A stretch of 64,000 nucleotides of DNA from Candidatus Latescibacterota bacterium (GCA_965208125.1 OZ242320.1:64001-128000); one strand, 5' to 3'. Shown: positions 39,338 to 49,850, counted from the first letter of the stretch. Translations and numbers: made by a program. Notes: generated from the sequence alone by a model not told the origin.

Positions 39338-39451
39338 TACGGTTCCACTGACACGTCAAGCGCCTTCTGTGAATGGATATTGCGCTTAGGCTAAATTTGT
39401 CGGATATTGCCTGGGTATTCATTACGACAACTCTTTTTAAAACCACTATCC

Positions 39452-40462
39452 ATGCACATCTACATCCTCAAAAGATTACTGGCACTGATCCCCACCCTAT
39501 TTGGCATCACAGTGCTGGTTTTTTTTATGGTACACCTCGTACCGGGAGACCCGGCACAGATCATGCTGGGCGAACGGGCAAGTGCAGAAAGTCTGGCTGC
39601 TTTGAGGCGCGACCTGGGCCTGGACCAGCCATTACATGTGCAATTTGGACGCTATTTATCCGATCTGCTACAAGGCGACCTGGGGCGATCAATTAAATCG
39701 CACGAACGCGTATCCGTCGAACTAATGGCACGTTTTCCCGCCACCATGGAACTCACCTTCGCGAGCATGGTATTCGCCTGCATACTCGGCATTGGTGCAG
39801 GTGTAGCATCCGCGGTTCGACGCGGCACCTGGTGGGATTATATCGGCATGACTGCATCGCTGGCAGGGGTCTCAGTGCCCATCTTTTGGTTGGGATTACT
39901 GCTCATCCTCGCCCTTGCAGTCTCCCTACCGTTATTCCCCGTCTCCGGAAGGCTCAGCTCCCACGTATTTATACCCACACTAACTGGATTTTATCTCATA
40001 GACAGCTTAATCGCAGGTGATCTACCGAGTTTTGGCGACGCACTCTGGCATTTAATCTTGCCGGGCATAACCCTGGGCACCGTGCCCGCCGCTGTTATCG
40101 CGCGCATGACCCGGTCGAGCTTGCTGGAAGTCTTGCGCGAAGATTATGTGCGCACCGCCTGGGCAAAAGGCTTGTCTGAACGGGTCGTCATATTGCGCCA
40201 TGCACTGAAAAACGCATTCATCCCCGTCTTAACCGTAATCAGCTTACAATTCGGTTATCTATTGGGCGGCGCTGTCTTGACCGAAAGTATCTTTGCCTGG
40301 CCCGGGGTCGGGCGCTGGTTGCTCCTCTCGGTTTACGCACGCGACTTTCGAGCCATTCAAGGGGGCGTACTAATCGTCGCTACAACCTTCGTCCTCATCA
40401 ACCTGATCGCAGATCTATTATACGCCTGGCTGGACCCACGGATCAAATACAACAAAGAGTAA
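39452..40462 (+). CDS. dppB: dipeptide ABC transporter permease
   Basis: YILKRLL..PGDPA, GDLGRS, RFPATMEL, EDYVRTAWAKGL, LDPRI. Confidence 0.88.
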   Translation: MHIYILKRLLALIPTLFGITVLVFFMVHLVPGDPAQIMLGERASAESLAALRRDLGLDQPLHVQFGRYLSDLLQGDLGRSIKSHERVSVELMARFPATMELTFASMVFACILGIGAGVASAVRRGTWWDYIGMTASLAGVSVPIFWLGLLLILALAVSLPLFPVSGRLSSHVFIPTLTGFYLIDSLIAGDLPSFGDALWHLILPGITLGTVPAAVIARMTRSSLLEVLREDYVRTAWAKGLSERVVILRHALKNAFIPVLTVISLQFGYLLGGAVLTESIFAWPGVGRWLLLSVYARDFRAIQGGVLIVATTFVLINLIADLLYAWLDPRIKYNKE

Positions 40463-40470
40463 ACAACGTA

Positions 40471-41340
40471 ATGTCACACATTCAAGACACCTTACAAACG
40501 CCACCGCAAACCACTGCGCTATTGATCTGGCAGCGATTGCGAAAAAACCGTCTCTCCATTGTCGGAAGTATATTGATCGGCGGCTTTTTGCTCTTGGCAT
40601 TCGCAGCGCCATTAATCGCCCCTGCTGATCCAATGGCGCAGGCACTCTACAATCGCCTATCGCCTCCAACACTCGACCACCCGTTTGGCACAGATGATTT
40701 TGGCCGAGACATATTGAGCCGCGTCATCTATGGCGCGCGGATCTCTCTGCGCGTCGGGGTATTCGCTGTATTGATCGCCCTTATACTGGGCACCTGTATT
40801 GGGGTCGTCGCGGGCTATTGGGGGGGATGGATAGATCAGATATTGATGCGTCTGATGGATCTGCTGCTCGCCTTTCCGAGCATATTGCTCGCAATCGGCA
40901 TCGTGGCTATTTTGGGACCCGGCCTGGAAAATGCGATGTTGGCCGTCGGCATTGTGGCTATGCCGCAATATGCGCGTCTGATTCGCGCGTCCGTCTTGAC
41001 CGTGCGAGAAACCGATTATGTCATGGCCGCACGCGCCCTGGGAGCATCGGATTGGCGCATACTATGCGTAGCCGTCTTGCCCAATTGTCTCGCCCCATTG
41101 ATTGTCCAGGCGACATTGGGATTGGCAACCGCAATCCTCGACGCTGCAGGACTGAGCTTTCTCGGCCTGGGCGCGCAACCCCCCACCCCCGAATGGGGGG
41201 CGATGTTGAGCCAGGGACGCGAACTGATAGTGCGCGCACCCTGGGTACTCACCTTTCCAGGTGGAGCGATCTTTTTTACAGTACTGGCATTTAATCTGGT
41301 CGGCGATGGTCTGCGAGACGCGCTGGACCCAAAGGCTTAA
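40471..41340 (+). CDS. dppC: dipeptide ABC transporter permease
   Basis: HPFGTDDFGRDILSRVIYGARISL, PEWGAML, GDGLRDALDPK. Confidence 0.88.
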   Translation: MSHIQDTLQTPPQTTALLIWQRLRKNRLSIVGSILIGGFLLLAFAAPLIAPADPMAQALYNRLSPPTLDHPFGTDDFGRDILSRVIYGARISLRVGVFAVLIALILGTCIGVVAGYWGGWIDQILMRLMDLLLAFPSILLAIGIVAILGPGLENAMLAVGIVAMPQYARLIRASVLTVRETDYVMAARALGASDWRILCVAVLPNCLAPLIVQATLGLATAILDAAGLSFLGLGAQPPTPEWGAMLSQGRELIVRAPWVLTFPGGAIFFTVLAFNLVGDGLRDALDPKA

Positions 41341-42572
41341 TTCAATTTTTCCATCGGACCGAGAGCGACAAGCGCGGGATCCTCATCGAGAGGATATTTT
41401 TCGAGATAATCGGCAATGCGCTCTGGCGTAACGGCATCGATCTCCGCGCGTTCTTCCTCGAGCGTTTTGAGTGGCGTGCTGGTACTCAGACTACCCACAA
41501 TTTGAGAAAAGCGAGAAAGACCGTTTTCCCCACTACAAATAATACCCGTAGCCTGCTTGGTCTTGGCGCGCTGGAGCGCATCGTTATCAATCCCATTTTT
41601 TAAATCCGCCATTTCGCGCCGCACAATATCGAGAACCTGAGACACATTTTGTGGATCCACGGACAGATAAACATAAAAAAGTCCCGCATCGCTAAAATTG
41701 ATATACTCTGCCGAAGCCTCATCAGCCAGACCCTGTTGAATAACAGACCAGTAGAGCCGGCTATTGGTCGATGCCCCCAAATAAACAGAAAGCAAATCCG
41801 CAGTAGCGGCATGGTCATCGGAAGACGGGGGCGCGGGAAGCGCGAGCGCGATATGTTCGCGCGCCACACCATCGCGTTGTACAACGCGATTTGAAGCGTG
41901 AAAAGTTGGGATAGATTGCTCTCGACCATTATCAGACACCTGCCAGCCTCCGCAATGTGCCTCAACAGCGCGAATAATCTCATCGCGCTCAAACGCACCT
42001 GTAATGACAAATGTGAGATTATTGGGACCATAACGCCGCTGGTGATATTCCGCCATCAAATCGCGGGTAATAGACTTCACCGTATCCTCTGTCCCCAGCA
42101 CACTTTGTCCCAGTGGATGATTGCCGAAAGCCTCTTGAATGAGATCGTCAATAATGAGCGCGTCGGGCTGATCGTGATACATCGCAATCTCTTCGAGAAT
42201 GACCTTCTTCTCCATATCAAACTCGTCCGATGGCAAATTGGCGCGCATCATATCGCTGAGAATTTCGATAGAATCCGTTGCCCGATCACTTTGCACCCAG
42301 TGAAAATAAGCCGTACCCTCCCACCATGTGTAGGCATTCCACATAGCGCCCAGATCATCGACATCAAGCGAAAGTTGCCGCCAGTCGCGCTTGGGCGTCC
42401 CCTTGAAACACATGTGTTCGAGAAAATGTGAAATCCCCAAAAGGTCTGGGGCTTCGTCGCGCGATCCCGTCTGGGCAAAAAAGCCCAGCGCAGCCGAACG
42501 AATGCGAGGAATCGTTTCAAAAACAAGCGTGAGGCCATTATCGAGGGTATGCGTGGAAAAGGGTGAAGACAT
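41337..42572 (-). CDS. M16 zinc peptidase, catalytic subunit
   Basis: GSRDE..GISHFLEHMCFKGT (HxxEH), VILEEI. Confidence 0.92.
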   Translation of the reverse strand: MSSPFSTHTLDNGLTLVFETIPRIRSAALGFFAQTGSRDEAPDLLGISHFLEHMCFKGTPKRDWRQLSLDVDDLGAMWNAYTWWEGTAYFHWVQSDRATDSIEILSDMMRANLPSDEFDMEKKVILEEIAMYHDQPDALIIDDLIQEAFGNHPLGQSVLGTEDTVKSITRDLMAEYHQRRYGPNNLTFVITGAFERDEIIRAVEAHCGGWQVSDNGREQSIPTFHASNRVVQRDGVAREHIALALPAPPSSDDHAATADLLSVYLGASTNSRLYWSVIQQGLADEASAEYINFSDAGLFYVYLSVDPQNVSQVLDIVRREMADLKNGIDNDALQRAKTKQATGIICSGENGLSRFSQIVGSLSTSTPLKTLEEERAEIDAVTPERIADYLEKYPLDEDPALVALGPMEKLN

Positions 42573-42610
42573 AAATTGCTCCTGTGAAAACTGAATGATC
42601 CTCTCGCCTC

Positions 42611-43843
42611 TTAACCCCCCAGTGGTTGAGGTCCTAAAACCAGTAATGTACCAGGTGTTGAGGGAAAAGTCTCAATATATTGCGGAATCTGATCGAGAGT
42701 AACGGCATCAATACCCGCGGCGATTTCGTCAATCGTCCGCACGCGGCCCTCGAGAAATAAGTCTTCGATGATACCACCAGCGCGGCCCTCGGGCAAATCG
42801 CCAATGGTAAAAAGGCGCCCCTTGAGCACTGTCTTGGCCCGAATGAGTTCTTCGGCAGTGACATCGCGGCGCAATCGCGCAAGCTCCGATTGACAGACAT
42901 CCAGGGTCTCCTGGGCGCGGTCAGCAGTCGTACCTGCATAAACCGCCATCAGACCACCACCGCGGTATGCCTGATAAAAAGCCGACACACTATAGGCCAG
43001 GCCGCGTTTTTCGCGGACCTCTGTAAATAATCGGCTCGATCCACCGCCGGAAAGGATGGCGATGGCAAGTTGCCCCGCGTAATAGAGATCGTGGCCTCGA
43101 GGAACACCGCAAGAGAGCAGACAAATATGGGCTTGCTCTGATGGCTTTTCGTGATGTACACTGCGGTCAGCAACAGAAATAGAATGAAAATCTCCACTGT
43201 CTGGTGCTTCGCCTGCCCATCCGCCAAAAACATCGCCAACAGTCTCAACTACAGTTCCCGCATCCAGACCGCCTGCAACCCCAATAAGTAAATGGGCTGG
43301 CCTGCAATGTGCATCCCAATGGCGGCGAACGCCCGCAGGTGTAATAGCCGACACTGTATCGGGTTCTCCAAGGGGAATCCTGCCCATCGGCGAGCCAAGC
43401 CCCGCCTTATAGGCCATATACATGGCTTGTTGTATGGGGTTGTCCTCCATCCGTTTGAGTTCCTCAAGAGTGAGGATCTTGGCGATCTCGACCTGATCAC
43501 TGGGAAAAGATGCACTGCGAAAAAGTTCGGCATAAAGTTCAAGTGCGGATTTGAATTTGTCGGGCAGGACTTGTGCGAGAAAAGAGGTGTATTCGACGGA
43601 AGTCGAGGAACTGCGCCTTATCCCCAGACCGTCAAAAGCGTCGAATATGGCGCGTGCGTCGTGTCTGGGCGTACCCTTAAAAAGGACATCTTCAGCAATA
43701 TGCGTAATACCCAATCTATCGTTGGGATCGTCTTTCGCGCCAAAAGCAAAACGAAATGAAACAACCAGCGATTGCGCGCCGGGCATGGGTTCGACAACCG
43801 CGCGAATGCCGTTGTCGAGGGTATAAATTTGTGGCTCGGACAT
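42611..43843 (-). CDS. M16 peptidase, probable non-catalytic subunit
   Basis: HIAED instead of HxxEH; SSRLFTEVREKRGLAYSV. Confidence 0.88.
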   Translation of the reverse strand: MSEPQIYTLDNGIRAVVEPMPGAQSLVVSFRFAFGAKDDPNDRLGITHIAEDVLFKGTPRHDARAIFDAFDGLGIRRSSSTSVEYTSFLAQVLPDKFKSALELYAELFRSASFPSDQVEIAKILTLEELKRMEDNPIQQAMYMAYKAGLGSPMGRIPLGEPDTVSAITPAGVRRHWDAHCRPAHLLIGVAGGLDAGTVVETVGDVFGGWAGEAPDSGDFHSISVADRSVHHEKPSEQAHICLLSCGVPRGHDLYYAGQLAIAILSGGGSSRLFTEVREKRGLAYSVSAFYQAYRGGGLMAVYAGTTADRAQETLDVCQSELARLRRDVTAEELIRAKTVLKGRLFTIGDLPEGRAGGIIEDLFLEGRVRTIDEIAAGIDAVTLDQIPQYIETFPSTPGTLLVLGPQPLGG

Positions 43844-44008
43844 TGTGGTCCTCAGATAAAATTATAGGGGCAATGCTTCTGTGACCAATGCAGGGCGATA
43901 TCTCTACACTCGCCCAATTGGTTTTTCTCATATAATAACATGAATATATATTGTCAATAGATTATTGTGACGAATGCGATTTATTCTTTTCAGGAGGTCA
44001 TCATCTTC

Positions 44009-44983
44009 ATGAACGTCAAAGTCGAAAATTTGCGTGCGTTATGCCAGTCTATCTTGATCGATCGCGGACTCGACGCGGCTGACGCACATATTGTGACAGA
44101 TATCTTGATCGAAGCCGAATTGCGGGGACGCCCAACCCATGGGATGATCCGCTTGCCCGGCATTGCCGAGCGCGCATCTCAAGGAACTCAATCCCCCATG
44201 GTCATAGAAAAAGATGCACTGGCTTATGCCCTTATTGATGGACGGGATAATCTGGGCTATCTGGTAGCACATCGATGTGCAGGCGCCGCGATTGATAAAG
44301 CCAAACAAAGTGGGGTAGGCGTTGTGGGTGCGCGCGACACGAGCCACAGTGGGATGCTGGGATATTACGCCTCGATGATAGCCAATGCGGAACTGGTCGG
44401 ACTGGTTATGTGCAACACAGGCCCGCGCATTGTCCCCTGGGGCGGTCAACAGCCCATACTTGGGACAAATCCCATCGCAGCGGGATTTCCCGCGGCAGAA
44501 GGCCAGGTGCTGGTCGATTTTTCGTGCGCGGCAATTACCAATGGCGAAATATTGATGGCACTCAAAGACGGCAAAGAGATCCCCCCAGGACGCGCATTGG
44601 GGCCAGATGGCAAGCCGACAACCGATCCCGAGCAAGCGCGCGCAGGTGGGGCATTGCCCTTTGGCGAACACAAAGGATACGCTTTGAGTGTAATGATTCA
44701 ACTCTTTTCTGGCGTCTTGCTCAATGCTGCACCCGTACCTGAAATGGGAAAAAATTACGGAATTTTCATGCTGGCCATTGATCCCTCAATTTTTTTGGGG
44801 ATGGACATCTTTCAATCGGGCGTTAGCGAAGTCATCTACACCATTAAAAACTCAATGCCCGCAGATGGTGTAACCGAAATTTTGATCCCGGGCGAGCGCG
44901 CCTTTAGAGAACGCGAAATGCGGATACAGTCGGGCGTGGATATCGACGATGAATTAATGGAAGAACTCCAGCAATTGGCATAG
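44009..44983 (+). CDS. Ldh_2-family oxidoreductase
   Basis: AELRGRPTHG, HSGMLG, GTNPIA, HKGYAL, IPGER. Confidence 0.9.
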   Translation: MNVKVENLRALCQSILIDRGLDAADAHIVTDILIEAELRGRPTHGMIRLPGIAERASQGTQSPMVIEKDALAYALIDGRDNLGYLVAHRCAGAAIDKAKQSGVGVVGARDTSHSGMLGYYASMIANAELVGLVMCNTGPRIVPWGGQQPILGTNPIAAGFPAAEGQVLVDFSCAAITNGEILMALKDGKEIPPGRALGPDGKPTTDPEQARAGGALPFGEHKGYALSVMIQLFSGVLLNAAPVPEMGKNYGIFMLAIDPSIFLGMDIFQSGVSEVIYTIKNSMPADGVTEILIPGERAFREREMRIQSGVDIDDELMEELQQLA

Positions 44984-45017
44984 GAATTGTACCCTCTCTC
45001 CTCTTAACTCTTTACCC

Positions 45018-45046
45018 TTGACAGTCCGAATGAGGTTGGCTACCTT
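45018..45046 (+). promoter_or_regulatory. sigma70 promoter of lysine operon leader
   Basis: TTGACA-17 bp-TACCTT about 9 nt before the riboswitch. Confidence 0.65.
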
Positions 45047-45055
45047 TCCGTTCCG

Positions 45056-45242
45056 CAAGGGTAGAGGCGCGAGCGATCATCAGTATGCGGCACAAGAGGC
45101 GAAACGGAGTATTGCTCCACTGTGCCGTCAAAAAGGGATCGTTCGCCGAAGTCCTGGCCTGTTTCGCCGCAGAGCAGGGCTGGTTTAGTGGATAATATCT
45201 GCTGAACTGTCACGGGAAAAGTTTCCGTGGAGAGCTCTCTTG
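45056..45242 (+). ncRNA. lysine riboswitch (L-box)
   Basis: Conserved blocks GTAGAGGCGCG, AGTA, AAAGGG, CGCCGAAG, CTGG..AATA, ACTGTCAC..GTGGAGAGCT; P1 CAAGGG/CTCTTG; upstream of dapA. Confidence 0.92.
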
Positions 45243-45266
45243 TTCGCGAGATTTTCTGCTGCGTTT

Positions 45267-45305
45267 AGCGTCTGGCGATGCCCTTGAGAAGCCGGCGCTT
45301 TTTTT
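45267..45305 (+). terminator. riboswitch expression-platform terminator
   Basis: AGCGTCTGGC..GCCGGCGCT + T-run between aptamer and dapA. Confidence 0.65.
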
Positions 45306-45334
45306 GTCGCACAGTGCAGAAACTGGAGGTTTTT

Positions 45335-46363
45335 ATGTTAAAAGGATGTCATACGGCCTTAATCACACCCCTGACGGCCAACCAGGCTCTGGACCAGGAC
45401 GGTCTGGAAAAACTGGTGGCATTTCAGATTTCTGAAGGGATTGATGGCCTTTTGGCCTGCGGCACGACAGCTGAGAGTCCAACCTTGAGCAGTGATGAAC
45501 AAAGCTTGATTACGCGCGTAGTGTGCAGCCAGGCCAGAGAGCAGTGCCGCGCCATTGGGGGGGCAGGCAGCAACTCGACGGCAAAAACCTTAAAAGCAGC
45601 TGAATACGCAGCGCAAGTAGGTGCGGACTCCATCCTGCTCGTCGATCCCTATTACAACGGACCGAGTTCTCTGGAAATTCGCAAAGAATACGTCGAACCC
45701 GTGGCCCGTGCATTTCCCGAACTGGACATGATCCCCTATGTCATACCCGGTCGGTCCGGCACGAAATTGCTCCCAGAAGACCTCGGCATCTTGTATTCCG
45801 AATACAAGAATGTGAACACCGTGAAAGAGGCCACAGGCGATCTGGACAATATGGCACGCACCCGCGAATGTTGTGGTGATGCGTTTTCGATCATGTCCGG
45901 AGACGACGACAAAACATTTGACATGATGACCAGCGATCAGATTGACGCCGCGGGCGTAATCAGCGTAATATCCAATGTGGCACCCGGTCCTGTGACAAAA
46001 ATGGTACACGCCCTCCAAAGCGGAGACATGGACGAAGCAGATCGCCTGCACGCCGCACTGAAACCCTTATTTGGCATGGTCGGCGTTGTATCCGAAGAAC
46101 AAACACCTTATGGCGTGACAGAAGTCAAGGCGCGCAATCCATTGCCGGTAAAAACATTGATGAATATTTTGGGCATGCCAGCCGGGCCGTGTCGCCAGCC
46201 ATTGGGAAAAATGAATCGCACTGGACTGGATATCGTACTGGGCATTGCCCGCGAAGTACAGGCCAATAACCCAGAGGTATTCGCGCCCGTAGCATCATTC
46301 TTTGGTACAGATGTGGCGCAACGCCTGAACGATGATTCGGTACTGGAAGGACTGGCATATTGA
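45335..46363 (+). CDS. dapA: 4-hydroxy-tetrahydrodipicolinate synthase
   Basis: TALITP, GTTAESPTL, GAGSNST, PYYN, VKEATGD, SGDD; GGAGG RBS. Confidence 0.9.
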   Translation: MLKGCHTALITPLTANQALDQDGLEKLVAFQISEGIDGLLACGTTAESPTLSSDEQSLITRVVCSQAREQCRAIGGAGSNSTAKTLKAAEYAAQVGADSILLVDPYYNGPSSLEIRKEYVEPVARAFPELDMIPYVIPGRSGTKLLPEDLGILYSEYKNVNTVKEATGDLDNMARTRECCGDAFSIMSGDDDKTFDMMTSDQIDAAGVISVISNVAPGPVTKMVHALQSGDMDEADRLHAALKPLFGMVGVVSEEQTPYGVTEVKARNPLPVKTLMNILGMPAGPCRQPLGKMNRTGLDIVLGIAREVQANNPEVFAPVASFFGTDVAQRLNDDSVLEGLAY

Positions 46364-46364
46364 A

Positions 46365-46432
46365 GAAGTTTGAAGTTAGAAGTGTGAAGTTAGAAAGGGT
46401 GCTTCACACTTCATCCTTCACACTTCACACTT
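46365..46432. repeat. inverted heptamer arrays
   Basis: (GAAGTNN)4 at 46365-46392 and (CTTCAYM)4 at 46402-46429. Confidence 0.8.
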
Positions 46433-46446
46433 TTTCTGGAGCAATT

Positions 46447-47253
46447 ATGATTAAGGTGGGTATTTGTGGTATTGCCGGGCGGATGGGACAGCGAATTTCT
46501 CATCTGACCCTCGAAGCCGAAGGACTGGATTTGGGCGGTGGAGTCGAGTTTCCAGGTCATCCCGTAATTGGAAAAGACATTGGCGAAGTTATAGGCGTTC
46601 CTCCCAAAGGTATATCAGTAGTAGATACGGTCGAAGCAATGACGGACAATGTCGATGTAATCACGGCATTCACAGCGCCCCCTGACCCGACAGTTGTCGC
46701 AGCAGAAATAGCTGGACGCGCTGGCGTGCCGATGGTCATTGGCACAACGGGATTGTCACCCGATCAGGTAGAGACCATGACACATGCCTTGAAAAATGTG
46801 GCCTGTGTATTCGCGCCCAATTTCAGCGTAGGTGTAACAGTATTAGTGCAACTCGTCGAAGAAGCCGCGCGCATTTTGGGCGGCGATTACGACGCAGAAA
46901 TCGTCGAAGCGCACCATCGATTTAAAACCGATGCGCCATCGGGAACGGCTTATGCACTGGCCGAAGCCGCAGCAAGGGGATTGGACCGCAACTTGCAAGA
47001 GGTGGGTGTATATGGTCGCTATGGCGATACGGGCGCGCGGACACGCGAAGAAATCGGCGTACACGCCATTCGCGCCGGCGATATCGTCGGCGAACACACG
47101 GTCATGTTCGGAGGCATTGGAGAAACCATCGAACTCGCCCATCGCGCACAAAGTCGCGATACATTTGCCTCCGGCGTGATTCGGGCCATTCCCTTTGCCG
47201 TTGAAGCCGATCCGGGGATGTACGACATGCGCGATGTATTGGGGTTGAGATGA
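46447..47253 (+). CDS. dapB: 4-hydroxy-tetrahydrodipicolinate reductase
   Basis: GIAGRMG, IGTTG, APNFSVG, EAHHRFKTDAPSGTA. Confidence 0.95.
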   Translation: MIKVGICGIAGRMGQRISHLTLEAEGLDLGGGVEFPGHPVIGKDIGEVIGVPPKGISVVDTVEAMTDNVDVITAFTAPPDPTVVAAEIAGRAGVPMVIGTTGLSPDQVETMTHALKNVACVFAPNFSVGVTVLVQLVEEAARILGGDYDAEIVEAHHRFKTDAPSGTAYALAEAAARGLDRNLQEVGVYGRYGDTGARTREEIGVHAIRAGDIVGEHTVMFGGIGETIELAHRAQSRDTFASGVIRAIPFAVEADPGMYDMRDVLGLR

Positions 47254-47304
47254 GAAAGGTAAGACATAAAACGAAGATGTAAAACGCAAAAGAGGAGGAA
47301 ATTC

Positions 47305-49212
47305 ATGAATGTTGATGTGCATGCGGCATTTGATGCCGGACAAACCCTTGCTGTGGCAGACCGGATTTTAATTTCACCGCAAGCGGGTTCTTTGCAGAGC
47401 CGCGTAGATGAACTCTTAGATGCAATTGAGAATAGCGGGGCCTCTGGCGATTTGATTTGCAAAACATTGATACAGTTGGGGATGAATTTTGTCGGGCGCG
47501 ATGCCGAGATTGTTGGATATGGCACTGAGGAAATAGACACAGCACTCGACAGTGTATTGGACGCCCTCGACAATCTGGGAGGCGATCACGCAACAGGTGT
47601 TGTGAATAGCTTTTTGGCCGACATGAAATCTGTGAACCTATCCGATAGTCTCTCTGGATTATTGGCCGAGCGAATTGAGTCAAATCTGGACGCAGACAAT
47701 CCCGCGCGGTCATTTCTGGAATTGCTCAAGACCAATATGCGCGGCGGTGTGTATTGGCAGATGATCGGTGAAAATGTCTGTAAATTTGGCAATGACTTTG
47801 CGCGCGGTCTGGAATACTTGCGGCACTACGGCTTTTGTCAGGTCTCGACAAACCCGGTATTGGCTGCCAAAGCATTTGACGAAGACCCCTCGCTGGATGA
47901 TGAACTCAAAGCCGAGATCTCCAGGCACGACGAGTGGAAAGCCCATCCCGAAAAATATGCCGATGACATTGTAATGGCTGCCACACTCATTGCGCTGTGG
48001 CCCAATCTTTCAATCTTTCGACCTCTGGCGATGCACACGGGCCTGAAAGACTACATGGTGAGTTTTCAACTCAATCCCAATATCGCAGATCAGGCCGATG
48101 CCAGCATCGAAGATGCGCGCAACGCATATCGCATTGCCGATGACTATTTGAAAGGCTATGACAAATTATTGGGCGTCGGGGATATAACCCTGGATCCCAA
48201 TATCGTATTCAAGGTCGGCGGTGGACACGAAGCAGCGCGAAAAATCACGACCGTGCTCAACAGCGAAGGCATTGGCACAAATAACACAGTCGTTTACACA
48301 GTGGCACAGGAAGTGCAACTCGTCATCGATGCCTTCGAAGGCAAAGCCAGAGCGGCACAGGCCGGCAAGCAAGTGGTGAGAACTTATGAAACGAATATGG
48401 GTGGACGGTTTGTAAGCCATTTGCGCGAGGTAGAAGCCGAAAAGCTATTCGGCGCATTATCAGAAGACCGCGCCAGTGAATTGCTCGCCGAACTCGCTTC
48501 AGACCTGGAAGTCGATATACCCGAAGGAACATTGGCCGAACAAGTGGTAGAAATATGTTCTTATGCTCACTTGAAGTCTCTGGATCATCCCGTAATCTTA
48601 AAAGTTGCCGAAGCAGCCGGTCAGTCTTCAGAAGCAATTGTGCAACTCGAAGCCGATCTTAAAAAAGCGGGGACGGTCATTGCGCGGCGCGTACATTGGA
48701 TTTTCTACGCGCCTGAAAATCGGCCCAAATGGGTTGCCTACTTATCAGACACCTACGGTTTGTCAGAAGATCAGGCACAGTGGATTTTGGCTTCAATGGA
48801 CGTATTGCCCGCGTCCAAGCGCGTCCCCGATGACACGCTTCACGCACTGGGCGCAAACATGTGCCATACAGAATTTCCCAACCATCAACGCGCCGTTCAA
48901 CTCGTGTCAGAAGCACCCGATTTTGACCTGGCCGAACTCAGGGGATCAATCGGCCATGAATACGAACCAGGCGTGACACAGCGACTTTACGAATTACCCG
49001 ATTTTCAGAAGGGCTACGATCTGACGCCCTCTCTAAAGGATTTTCTCGAGAACGAGGTTCAAATTGATCTGAGCGGCTGGCAAACGCGGGGCATGGAACC
49101 CGGCGACTGGCCCGAATTTGGATCGGTTCAAAAAACCACCACTGAGTTTAAAGCCGCGTATGACGCATTTTTGGTGCGATGCGTTGAACTGGCCAAAGAA
49201 GTTGCTGGATAA
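47305..49212 (+). CDS. oversized transaldolase-family protein
   Basis: VSTNPVL, VSFQLNP, NIVFKV (Schiff-base Lys position), GIGTNNTVVYTV.Q, MGGR; 635 aa; GAGGAGG RBS. Confidence 0.75.
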   Translation: MNVDVHAAFDAGQTLAVADRILISPQAGSLQSRVDELLDAIENSGASGDLICKTLIQLGMNFVGRDAEIVGYGTEEIDTALDSVLDALDNLGGDHATGVVNSFLADMKSVNLSDSLSGLLAERIESNLDADNPARSFLELLKTNMRGGVYWQMIGENVCKFGNDFARGLEYLRHYGFCQVSTNPVLAAKAFDEDPSLDDELKAEISRHDEWKAHPEKYADDIVMAATLIALWPNLSIFRPLAMHTGLKDYMVSFQLNPNIADQADASIEDARNAYRIADDYLKGYDKLLGVGDITLDPNIVFKVGGGHEAARKITTVLNSEGIGTNNTVVYTVAQEVQLVIDAFEGKARAAQAGKQVVRTYETNMGGRFVSHLREVEAEKLFGALSEDRASELLAELASDLEVDIPEGTLAEQVVEICSYAHLKSLDHPVILKVAEAAGQSSEAIVQLEADLKKAGTVIARRVHWIFYAPENRPKWVAYLSDTYGLSEDQAQWILASMDVLPASKRVPDDTLHALGANMCHTEFPNHQRAVQLVSEAPDFDLAELRGSIGHEYEPGVTQRLYELPDFQKGYDLTPSLKDFLENEVQIDLSGWQTRGMEPGDWPEFGSVQKTTTEFKAAYDAFLVRCVELAKEVAG

Positions 49213-49265
49213 GCGGTTCACAATGCAGATATCAGCGGGGGTGAGGCTGTTACTCAGAATACGCA

Positions 49266-49835
49266 TCACTTATCCCCGCTTTTCATCTGCGCGTTTAAAA
49301 TAGCTCCCCTTCCCTCTCGATTCTCGATGCGTACAAAATACGATTCTTCGTGTCCTTCTGCCGAGAGCACCATCACATCCCGCATATTTTCGCCGCTCTC
49401 ATCCCCCTGTTGCTCCAATCGCCATATCATCACATATTCTGTTCCCGGGTCGCGTTGCCAGGGCACCAGAGGATCTACATCGACCAGCTTTCGAGGTTCT
49501 GCCCCACTAAAGTCCACACCTGTAGAAGTATGCACGGTAAACTTGATCTGCCCATTGCGCATATCGTAAACCACCTGCCCTTTTTCCACAAAATTTCTCT
49601 GGATATGGGGCTCCTGCACCGTCAGGGAATACGTACTGTCGCTGAGCACGAGAATTGTAATTTCTCGCTCCAGATCATCTTCTCCACGTATCCCGGTCTC
49701 GCTCCCGGCATACATGAACCACGCGCCCATTGGCGTATCCAATTTTTGTCGTGTCGCAATTTGCTCTTTCTTTTTTTCCTCCCCAACACATCCTGCAATC
49801 AGACACAATAATACTACCCCCAATATCTGTTTCAT
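49266..49835 (-). CDS. hypothetical lipoprotein
   Basis: MKQILGVVLLCLIAGC lipobox after GGAGG RBS. Confidence 0.75.
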   Translation of the reverse strand: MKQILGVVLLCLIAGCVGEEKKKEQIATRQKLDTPMGAWFMYAGSETGIRGEDDLEREITILVLSDSTYSLTVQEPHIQRNFVEKGQVVYDMRNGQIKFTVHTSTGVDFSGAEPRKLVDVDPLVPWQRDPGTEYVMIWRLEQQGDESGENMRDVMVLSAEGHEESYFVRIENREGRGAILNAQMKSGDK

Positions 49836-49850
49836 AAACCCTCCATATAT

